From Eledone cirrhosa (Eukaryota), in contig OZ024740.1 in the NCBI GenBank assembly GCA_964016885.1, positions 153,388,001 through 153,452,000 on the forward strand: a stretch of 64,000 bases of DNA. The letters are read 5' to 3'. The notes beneath the pieces were generated by a model. It searched no databases, was not told where the DNA came from, and saw only the letters and a list, made by a program, of their open reading frames with translations. This document shows positions 53,701 to 64,000 of the stretch, one piece after another (positions within the stretch are counted from its first letter, which is position 1; each line of letters begins with the position of its first letter). The position numbers and the translations under genes were made by a program.

Positions 53701-54270
53701 GACAAGTCTTATTTTGATTATTCTGTCGTTCACTCTTTTTACGTCAATTATCTTATCTACCCATTTTTCTGCTAACATAATTCCTACTCCACCCAGCCCA
53801 TTTTCATTTCCCACCCAGAAAAGTTTATAGCATCGTTTTTTACCCACAATGAATCTAGCAGACCCACCCCTCCACCTAGTCTCTTGGACGCAACATGCAT
53901 CAACTTCCTTACGTTCAAGTATCTCTACAACCTCGTCAGAGTGACCTTTTAAAGTGCCTACATTCATGGTACCAACTCTGAAGTTTATGAATTTCGTTTG
54001 ATGGGTGGAAGGGATGGGATGGAGGTGTAGGGAGATGGGGTTATGTTTGCCATCCGCATTCGAAATAAAGAGGAATCCTTGCATTTTCGTCCGGCCACAT
54101 GAGGTGAATTAATCTTTATCTTTGACATTGTCATTTGAGTGTCCAGATTCTTCATTCTCTCCAGAATCCCATGGTCCATCTAGCATATCAAAGGCAACAA
54201 GGTTTAAACTTAAGGAGTGAATAGCTGAGGCAGTTTTGTGTAAGAGTGTAAGAGAGACGTATAAACCTCT
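50762..54270 (-). mobile_element. Near full-length but frameshifted RTE-group LINE (APE plus RT)
   Basis: GTMNVGTL, CVQETRW, ISAYAPQ, GDLNGHVG, QIDYIL, NYRGIKL, GVHQGSVLSP, YADD, LHGSETW; (GAT)n tail. Confidence 0.9.
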
Positions 54271-55844
54271 GAATTATGATTGGACCATCTAATAATGGTG
54301 GCGAGTGGGGGCGGGATGGAGGAGTTAACTAGAAGGTTATTTTTTTTTTTAAACCTATAAACGAACATATAACAGTAATCAGTGTTTAAATACGAGAAGG
54401 TTATTAAACGAACGTATAACAGTAATCAAAGTTTAAATACAAGACGATTGTTTTTGAGGGTCTGACAGAATTAACGAATAAAATTGAAGGCTTGGATTCT
54501 AAGTAAATGGACCATGTAAAAACAGAGAGAGACAAAAAAAATAGTGTAAATACATCACATATCTCAAACGTCCCTTCGACAGGGATAAAGATTCGAAGAA
54601 TTCTGAAATTTTGACGACCGAGAGGTTCATTTTATACTTGCTGAGAGAGAGAGAGGGGAAGGCCTCTAGGCTTATAGACAATGCATTGGGGGACACAGTA
54701 GAGGAGAAAAAGAAGGAAGAGTCTTCCCGAGAAAGTTAGATAGGTTTTTTGTTTTAAACCTATAAACGAATGTATAACAGTAATCAAAGTTTAATTTTGT
54801 TTTTTCAAATTTATTATAAGTTCTCATGTATTCTTACATTGGTACAAGACCACAATTTTATTAGGGAGGCTGTACAATCGACTGAAATGGCACCAGTACA
54901 AGACTGGTATCCATTATATTGACCCTGGAAAGATGAAAGACAAAGTCAGTCCTGTGTATATTTGAACTCAGTTAGTAGAAATACTGCATGATATTTAATC
55001 CAAGACTAATATTTCTCTGTCCCCCTAACTCCAGAAATATCTGGATATATTTAGAATTTTTATGTAAGAGAAATTATTATATTTTCTCATTAAATTATCA
55101 GTATGTACATTTATATTAGGGTTTTGAAATGAAAGGTTGCTTTTCTATAAAAGGTGGTTTTCAAAACCCTATATCAGTCCCTTGTCTTCTAGCTCTTCAC
55201 CCTATTCAGTCACTCTAACCCTAATGGTCATTAAATCTGGTCAGTGTTATATTGATTATTATGATCAGTTTAAGTCTAGCTAATTTCTTATGGTCAATTT
55301 GATTACAACGGTCAGTCTAGCTTTTGTCATTCTTGCCATGATCATATTTACTTTGCTACTATAATATTGATCCCTAAAATTGGCATAGATTGTCATAATT
55401 CTAATGTCATTTTTATTGTTCCTTTATGGTTGATCAGTTTCTTACATTCTTGCAGTCATCGTTCAGTCTTGTTTTTTTTATGACTTTAAAATGTTATAAT
55501 TATTCAGTCCATTCTGGGCAATGAAAGTTGAAGATTGTGGTTTATTATCTAGATATTTTGACCAGTCAAGTTTTGCAACAATATCCAGGGCTTTTCAGTT
55601 CCATTCAATCAGTTGATTTAGTCAAAATTTGCAACAATATTCAAACTCTTAATACCAAAGAGTCCAGGTTTGCAATAATAAAACTCTTGGTATCTAAGTG
55701 TATTAATCAGATCATTAGGATTCACAGGGTCAAACACTTCCAAACTTATTCAGGTCTTTCCAGTTCAATTCAGTCAGTCAAAGTCTGCAGCAGCAATTAG
55801 ACTCTTCTTTTCTAACCAATAAAACCAAACACCATGACTGTTGG

Positions 55845-56027
55845 TCAGCTCCTGCTAGCTACTCTAGTTGCTTGACTATGCATCAGTTTTTGTAGTTTAG
55901 CAAGGTTATCTTTGGTCATGGCATCGTTTGGTTTTAGTCGTAGAGCCTCTTTGTAGCTCTTCTCTGCTTCTTCTAGTTTACCATTGAGATGTAAGATAGC
56001 GCCAAGATTCATGTGAGCTGTAGCAAC
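55845..56027 (-). CDS. TMTC2: TMTC2-like protein, terminal coding exon (VATAHMNLGAILHLNGKLEEAEKSYKEALRLKPND..stop)
   Basis: ttctctgcag acceptor, phase 0, 60 codons plus TGA; resembles the TMTC2 C-terminal TPR MNLGAILHLNG..AL.LKP.D. Confidence 0.9.
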   Translation of the reverse strand, partial: VATAHMNLGAILHLNGKLEEAEKSYKEALRLKPNDAMTKDNLAKLQKLMHSQATRVASRS

Positions 56028-57420
56028 CTGCAGAGAAGAAAACAGTAAAAATTTTATGGAATGACAAAATGAGTTGTATGGTCCTCAACCATGTAGAGGA
56101 AAGTGGATTTCACATAGCTGTTTGGCTAATTACTTACACTAGTTAATGAAAGGATCTTCATATTACAGTATCTTAAAATAAATTAACATATTGGAGAGTA
56201 AAATCCAGATTACACTGTCACTGAATAAAAATATATATAGTCACAGCCAAAATAACTTCAATCACAGGCTTGCTTAATCAGAGTTAACCTGGGATTGTGT
56301 AACAACAACTACCTTCTACATATCTACCAACAAACCATGAGTCTACTAAATGTGAGGTAATATGGGCTACACAGTACCTTGAGCAAGACACTATTTCACA
56401 TTGCTCCAGTTTACTCAGCTGTAGAAATGAGATGATAGGGACTGGGGTCCATATCATTCCACTGTAAAGTGGTCGTACAGGTGCCACGGCAAAAAAAAGC
56501 ACCCAGCACTCACTGTAAATGAGATTGGTGTTAGGAAGGGCATCCAGCTGTAGAAACCAAGCCAAAATCAGTTCCCATCCCACCCTTGCAAGCAGGGAAA
56601 AAGCGGACGTAAAATGAAATGATGATGATGATGATATAAGGACAAACTGGATAGCAAGAAAAGAAAAACTGTTTCATGTCACAGAGAATTAGTATGACAG
56701 TCAACTAACAAAAGTCATTGTGTATTTAGAAAAGGGATCGGCAATTTCTTTTTGTTATGACCCATATTTGAATGCTTTTAGTTTTGTTCATGTATATTAT
56801 ATAATATCTTAGACATAAAAATTTGAAAAGTTATAAGTCTCATTTTAATAGCTCACCTGTTGTCACTCCCTGATAGGAAACAACGTGGTTTACCCTGTTG
56901 TTTGACCCAATTATTTATGTGCCCTAGTTTTGTTGGGTCAGAACTAATCTGGAGCTGAACAACAACAATGAATTATCCAGCTGTTGCATGCCAGAGTGGA
57001 CAGCATGATCTGCCACCCCAACCCCTTGCCAGTCAGTGCATACCTAGATTAGTGAATTGATTGCACCTAATCATTCAAGGGGCAACATATGAACCAACAA
57101 AAACAGTTTTAATATGGTCGCTTGATCTGCTAGAAATTAGTAGCCAAATCTCCCTAAATTCAAACCCAATAATCCTAAAAAACGATTCACGAGATAATTT
57201 GGTCTTTGGTACTTTGCACAAGTTGGTGAAAGCTGGACTACATTTGATCATAGGTCTAATTGCTGAGGTTTTACCTGGGGTTAAATAAATATCAACAACA
57301 ATTGACAGCATATCATTCATATGTTTACTGGAACAAGACTAACCTGGTACCAAACAACAACATCAACAAAATACAATATTCCTAATTGCATAACAAAAGA
57401 AGGACTGAACAGTTTCTTAC

Positions 57421-57484
57421 CTGAGGGTTCAGCTTAGCAGCCTTTTGGTAAAAATCTTCAGCTTCAGTGTAATTACCAGATTGT
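57421..57484 (-). CDS. TMTC2: TMTC2-like internal exon (QSGNYTEAEDFYQKAAKLNPQ)
   Basis: ctttgtag acceptor, gtaag donor, 64 nt, phases 2 to 0 match the neighbouring exons. Confidence 0.9.
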
Positions 57485-59098
57485 CTACAAAGAGAAAACA
57501 ATGTTATTCAAGAAGTGTATCCCATTGCCAGTTATATTCTCATACGAGTCCAAACATGGCTAACTGGTTAAAAAGTTAAGCTTTCAGATTCAATCTCAAT
57601 ATACAGCACTTTAGGCAAATATTTTCTGCCAAAGCCTCTTTTTAACCAGAGACTTGAGAGTCAAATTTATTAGTTAGAAACAGAATGAAAGCCTGTCATA
57701 TATTATGTACATGTGTGTGTGTGTGTGTATCTTGGCTTTTATGATATACTGTATCTCTGCTTGTCATAAAATATGATTAAAATGATTGATGCCACTATGG
57801 GCATCAGGATGTAAAACATGAGAATGCAAACAAATTAATGATAATATCATTATCATTAACATAATTTAACATTCATTTTCCCGGCTAGCAAGATATATAT
57901 ATATGGAGTAAAGACCCCTTTCATCATGAATGACCATGGGATTTGCATCTAGAAAGTTCCTCTATGAAGCACAAGTCTGAGCAAAATTGTTTGAGGAAGA
58001 CCAGCTGCAGTCGCCCATACATACCAGTCTCCCCTCTCCACACCACCGATGTTGTCCAAGGGAAAGGCTAAGGAGGATACAGCTTGGAATCAGTGACGTA
58101 ACTCATTTCTCCAGCTGAGTCAACTGCACAAGAACACAACGCAAAGCCAGGTCTGAGAATCAAACTCACAACCTCAGGATTGTAAGCCAGATGCTCTAGC
58201 CACTATGCTATGTGCCTTCATATATATATGGTATGCTGTATTACAAAATTTTAGTAAGAATTTCTTGATCTTGGATAACTTCCAAAGCTCTTCAGTTAGA
58301 CCCTCTAACTCTAGAGTTTTCCATATTGTTATCTGCTTTAATGCTGCATCAGTTTCTGGTTTGGAGAATTCCCTGAATTCAATCCCAAGGAAAATGATAA
58401 ATGCCTTCTCTATGGGAATATCATCTCTCATATCCTTTGGATCAGCATTCAGTTGGTTTTGGAATTGGTTATGTTTCCAGCCGATTGTTGCCATCTATGA
58501 AAATCGTACAAGTTGATTTCTTTCTTTCACAAGGTTCTAAACACCCTTAAGTTCACTGAGTCATGACTTTCAAATACTTAGAACCTTATGTTTATTTGCT
58601 CCTCCTCCTATTTATGAATTGTTTTCTGGAGATTTATTTCTTACTGCTGTATGCTCTAATTCACTCAACAACAGGAGAATTATCGGCTGTTTTCAGAGAA
58701 GTAAAAGGATTTGGTGGAACATAGTTAGAATGTCTTTGATCATGGATCTTTTCGATTGAAACAAACATGTGACTAGGCATTTATAACATCTATATAATAG
58801 CAAGCTTTGAATTCATAATGTAAAGTGAGGTAGCCAAATATAATAAAACATTTTCACTGGCACTCTACCAATCCCATAAACTAAAACCTTTTGGACCCAG
58901 TTGTGCCCCAATTTTCATGTTTCATCACTGTATTAGGTCGAACATAATTATAAAAATCTAATTTAGAATGAGTTATAATCAATGTAATAAAATTGTCAAC
59001 ACTCTGTGATGCCAGTGATGATGATTGATAGGTTACCACCCAAAGAGTTATCTACCCCTGAGGAAGATTTGTACTAACTTCACTGTTGACACACTTAC

Positions 59099-59213
59099 CT
59101 GAGAGCATTGGCTGTGTTAAAGACAAGTTCAAAGTCATTGCTATTCGTTTCAAGCACCTGTTTATATATAAGAACTGAATCAGCATGCCGACCAGCTTCC
59201 CCTAGGAACTGAG
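59099..59213 (-). CDS. TMTC2: TMTC2-like internal exon (QFLGEAGRH..NDFELVFNTANALR)
   Basis: tttacag acceptor, gtaagt donor, 115 nt, phases 1 to 2. Confidence 0.9.
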
Positions 59214-59775
59214 CTGTAAAAGACAAGACATCACCTTTTCACTATAAAAAAATCATATCATCATAATCATCGTCATTTTAAACCCGTTCTTTCCATGCCT
59301 GAATGGCCGTTCTAGCACAGCCTTTCTCCTCTTCCTTTGCCATTTCTCCTGTGATGTTCAGCATTTTGAAATGAGTCCCCACAACATTCCCCAGATCTTC
59401 CTCTACTGTAACTTTCTTCCACTGTGATGTTTTGGCACTACTTCACACAATGATAATCATCCATACACATCATATGCCCATGCCAATACAATCTTCTCCC
59501 TTGTGCACTACATCTGAGTCCTCATATTTCCATTATCATTACATATCCATCAGAGCATGCTTGACTCATATCCTCTTCATGTCCAGCCTTCACTGCCCAT
59601 TTCTCACTGCTATGCAACATTGCACTTCACACACATACCATTCAGCTTGCCTTTCACGCATAGAGAGAGAAACTCTTTGTTATCAATAAGGGTAGTACCT
59701 TCATCAACCTTTTTTCTTTCAGATCTATGCATTAGCTACTATACTTTCAGAGCAACCTCCTTCACTGATAATTAA

Positions 59776-59996
59776 CACTTTAACATTTACATTACCCTAT
59801 ATTTACTATTGTATTTTTGTGGTAAAGGCTTTATCTTACATAATTATCCCACATAATATCGAATCTATGAGATTATTATATTATTTATTATGAGAACAAT
59901 ATGTTAACATCAGTATGAGCAGCAAGTTATGACCAGTTTGAACAGAAAGAGGTGAGAGAATTCTAGCTGGATACAACCGGTTTAAATGTTAAAGGG
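59776..59996. mobile_element. piggyBac-type MITE
   Basis: TTAA|CACTTTAACATTTA ... TAAATGTTAAAGGG|TTAA; related sequence at 45502-45640. Confidence 0.7.
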
Positions 59997-61369
59997 TTAA
60001 GTCACCTAGGAACAAGAAGCTACCACCTACTTTGATGGTGCCTTCCCAGGATAAGAAATAGTTTACTTCACTGGTGCTATTTCTACCAACTAGCCTTCTG
60101 TATCTCCTACATACAAAGTCTAAATTTTCTCTTGGTATACCTATTATGCCACTATACTTGTACACCAATATTTTACATTGTGTACATCTGAGAGTTCCTT
60201 CCTATTTCTTTTCTACATATCAAGTAAGGTCATTTCCCTAATGGTATCAGAATCTTGTCTTTTTTTCCTACTTACTAAAACTTTGGTCTTTGCTAAGTTT
60301 TCTCTGATGTTCTGTTTCTATAGCAAGAACTTCATCTCTAGCTCTTCCTCAGGTTTGGCTATAAGAACATAAGAACCAGGATCTCAGTATACAAAAGTCC
60401 CATGAACTACCAGTCTTAAACTCTTTTTATTATGGCCTGGAGAACTATAATAAACAAACATGGACCAAGTGCAGAAGCTTGATGAATACCTATCGACATT
60501 GAATTCCTCACTAAACTTTTTTCTTACTTTTCTGACAGCTGTTTACTTCATGGCTCCTCTCACAAGACACACACCTACATCCAGTTTCTTTAAGGACCAC
60601 CAAACAACAGATCATGATATTCTGTCAAAACCTTGTTTAGATCAATGAAAACTAGATATAATGGCTTACATTTAATGAGACAACTACAAAAGAAGTTCCA
60701 AGCTAAGAGGAGGAAATTCGTGACATTCCTTCTAGGCACAAAACCAAACTACCTCTCAATTTGACTCCTTCCTTAATTAACTGTACTAATACTCCTTTTG
60801 TCACTTTCATACCTTAATCTATCAGTTTTATTCCTCTGTAATTGCTCCTATTAATGATTATACTGCTTTGCAAGTCATTAGGTATGACGTTATCTTGTAT
60901 TATCTGACAATGTGTGAGTAACTAACTCAAGTTCTTCATTACCAAATGTTTTCAACATCTCATTGACTATATTTGGCTCCAGCAACGTTTCTATTTGTCA
61001 TATCCCCAATTGCTTATTTAACCCTATAACTGTCAACTATGTTGAGTTCACCCATTCACACACATTATTGATCAGCCTTTCATAGTACCATTTTCAAGCC
61101 TCTTTCTTCTGAGTGTCAGTGAGACTAAATACACATATGTGATTCCAAATGCACTTTTTTTCAACAAAATCTTGATTCACATTGGCACCCTGTTTTGTAA
61201 TATGGAATACCTTATATCCAATCTTGACAAGAATTGGGTTTAGAATGTAAAGATATGTTACAAAGTACAACATGTCATTTTGTTTAGAGCTTTACCAATT
61301 TTACTAACCAATTGCCCAGAATAATAAATATTACTGAAAGAGTGGTTGAATAAAGCCAGAATTATTTAC

Positions 61370-61451
61370 CATAATGCTGGTGAGCAGTTTTATACATGGA
61401 ATCAAGGGCCATTGCCTTCAGGTACCATTTTTCTGCTTTATCAAGCTGGTT
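61370..61451 (-). CDS. TMTC2: TMTC2-like internal exon (NQLDKAEKWYLKAMALDSMYKTAHQHY)
   Basis: aaatag acceptor, gtaaat donor, 82 nt, phases 0 to 1. Confidence 0.9.
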
Positions 61452-62004
61452 CTATTTAGAATAGAGTTAAAAATATATAGAATAGAGTTAGTCATAGGAT
61501 ATCAATAACATTAATAATTCTTTGTTATTTAGGAACAAAAGCAACAATTTGAGAGGCGGGAAAATTCCAGTACTTGACTGACACTTTATTATATAAACCC
61601 TAGAAGGATGAAAAGTAGAGTTGACCGTAATGGAATTAACTCAGAACATTAAGAACTGGAAAGATGATTACAATAATAAGAGTGGTGGCGGTGATGATGA
61701 AGACAACGATGATGACAGTAGTGATGAGAATGAGGATTAGGGCAATGACACCAGATGTGATGACAAAGTTAGAGAGATAGTATATATTAAGACATGCAGC
61801 AATAATAGCAAGAAAAAGAAGAAAAAGATGAAGAAAAAGATGAAGAAATAAAAAATAAAAAATAAGAAAAAAGATAAGGAAAAGAGAAATAAGAAAAAGA
61901 AAAGAACAGAAAAAAGAAAAAGAAAAAAAGATGAAAAAGAGGAAAAAGAAGAAAAAGACAAAACAAAAATAATTGGGAAAAATATTCAAAAGAGTTTTAC
62001 TTAC

Positions 62005-62328
62005 TCTTCTGGACAGCAGTTTAGCCATTGTGATGTGAGCTGGTAGATGATCAGGCTTCACACGCAATGCTTCCTGGTACCAGAATTCTGCCTTGGCCTC
62101 ATCATCTGTCTTCATGTAAGCTTCACCTAACATATTGTAAATACTCTGCAATCCATAATAACTGGGTGCCCTTCGGATGGCTGCATTATAGGTTTCAATT
62201 GCTAGTTGGTAATTCTGTTGGTCTGCATACATTCTACCGAGGTTATAGAGAGCAGAGATCTTGGTACTTTCGTGAAGTCGGGGGTCTCGCAGACCCGTGA
62301 TATCTATATTTGAACAGTTCAAATAACT
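62005..62328 (-). CDS. TMTC2: TMTC2-like internal exon (SYLNCSNID..SALYNLGRMY..QSIYNMLGEAYM..KPDHLPAHITMAKLLSRR); upstream exons lie outside the window
   Basis: tttacag acceptor, gtaagt donor, 324 nt, phase 0; TPR motifs colinear with the TMTC2 sequence as recalled (LYNLG, QSLYNMMGEAYM, DHIPAHLT). Confidence 0.9.
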
Positions 62329-63091
62329 CTGTAAATATAAAAAAAAAAAAAAAAAAGATTTGTTAATAAACAACAATCACAAAATAGAAAAATGCAACTA
62401 CAATCTTCTGCACCAGGCATTACATGGCACCCCATCCCCATCCCACCCTTCGAAATGTAAGAAATCAACATTTTCCCTTGCGGAATGGAAACTTTAATTC
62501 ATAAATATCAAGTAAGCAAAGATGACAAGGAGAGATAACTCTTGAGTGGGAAGCGAGAGTTATTACCCTTGAGTTATAAACTAGTGGCTCCAGAGTGCAT
62601 ACGAGCTCCAATGTACGATTTAATTGATCGTAAACAATCTACAGCACCGAAACAAAAAGCAGAGGGCACAAGGCATATATATATATTGATTCGGAGAAAA
62701 ATAACTGAATTTTATAATATTCAAATGTTGTTGTCATTAATGGATTAAATATCTTTTCAAGCTGGAATGCAAAATTATAAAACGTGTTTTTCTTATTTCT
62801 GTTCAATATATTTTCATTGATAGGGAAGTGTAGCTGCTCATATACTAAAAGGAAAATATGGAGAAGAAATGGTGGTTAAACTATTTTTTTAAATTACTAG
62901 GGTCGGACGAGAAATCTAGGAATTTCTCTTCTCTTTTAAAAAATTATCTTGGTTCAAATTATATAACTATATTTCTAAGTCGTACATATTTTTTGAACTG
63001 AACAAAGTAAGCAATATTTATTACTAATATTTAAAACCAATACCGTTTCAACTGAATACATAAACAATATCTATTAAATATAATAATAATG

Positions 63092-63428
63092 ATAATTGTT
63101 TCTACTTTAGGCACAAGGCCAGCAATTACCCAGTGCATTACTGGTACTTTATTTTATCGACCCCGTAAGGATGAAAGGCAAGAAAATAATTGTGTACTGT
63201 GCTCAGGTGCACTACAACTCACCAAAGGTCCATGTAAAGTACATAGAATAATTGTTTCTACTTTTGACACAGGGCCAGCAATTACCCAGTGTATTACTGG
63301 TACTTTATTTTATCGACCCTGTAAGGATGAAAGGCAAAGTCAACCTCGGCGGGATTTGAACTCAGATCGTAAAGGGACGTAACTATGCTGGAAAGCATGG
63401 CGTCCGACTCTCTACCGATACTGCCAAT
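63092..63428 (-). mobile_element. One partial and one near-complete tRNA-derived SINE in a TMTC2 intron
   Basis: Consensus at 63092-63181 and 63248-63428. Confidence 0.85.
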
Positions 63429-64000
63429 ATAGAATAATGTACAAATGTCAGGAAAGTGAACAGTGTATGAGTCATGATATATACACACAGACATACGCGC
63501 GAGCGCGTTCGTGTGTATGGAGGGGGATCGTTACAAATAGTTTCCCTTTCTGGTAAACCCAATTAAAAGGGAATTTCTACATTTCTCGTCGGATTCTAGC
63601 CGTTTCTTAAAAAAATCTTTAAACACAATTATCTCGTTATGATACTTCTAGGAACCCAAATAGTACATCATAAATACTTAAAATCTACTACATAGAATTT
63701 GTTTCAGAAATTCATGTTTTTTTTTTGTTTTTTTGGTTGAAGCCCACTTATATAAAATAGACAAGAGGACATGAAAATCATTTAAAACATAGGTACAAAG
63801 CCGTCGACTATAAATAACAGACATAGTACTAGACACTGTAACTCGACCCCCGAGAGACGAACGGCGAAGTTGATCGCAGCTGGATTGAATTCAAGATGAA
63901 ATTGAATTCATTACGAAATACCATAAGGCATTTTTGCCGACGCTAATGATTATGCCAATCCGACACCTTTTACTAATGACTTCTTTATTAGTCGAAGATG

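Noticed and set aside
55530-55800. Loose TCAGTC-rich repeats and a 90-aa plus-strand ORF downstream of the TMTC2 stop
   Set aside because: No clear period or protein motif; most likely 3' UTR sequence
61636-62376. 246-aa ORF with a hydrophobic tail as a single membrane protein
   Set aside because: Only 62005-62328 is exon; the F/I/L-rich parts are intronic low-complexity read-through past the GT donor
62870-63630. Degenerate ~60-bp inverted repeat in the TMTC2 intron
   Set aside because: Too diverged to define termini or a TSD; probably an old MITE

Overview
Eukaryotic, AT-rich, microsatellite-dense animal DNA; the SINE/LINE inventory suggests a cephalopod (octopus-like) genome, which is an inference. 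One host gene is visible: the last five coding exons of a TMTC2-like TPR O-mannosyltransferase on the minus strand (55845-62328), with clean GT-AG junctions that splice in frame. A degenerate tRNA-Leu(CAG) sits at 37103-37186. The rest is nested mobile DNA: a CR1-like LINE, two R4/Dong-like RLE elements in (CATA)n, RTE LINEs and an RTE-derived bipartite element, CRE-like 3' ends, a young Tx1/L1-clade ORF2, a decayed Neptune-type Penelope-like element, mariner and piggyBac derivatives, many tRNA-derived SINEs and a head-to-tail array of non-autonomous Helitrons. The most interesting layer is non-coding: about ten type I hammerhead ribozyme (HHR) motifs from at least seven unrelated short repeat families, most followed by a short tail ending in a microsatellite. 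One family has a ~430-nt tandem monomer, and one genomic copy begins at the predicted self-cleavage site (retrozyme-like). Several of these HHRs have a U·U or A·A mismatch where the canonical G10.1-C11.1 pair closes stem II. All folds were read by eye and need computational and biochemical confirmation.
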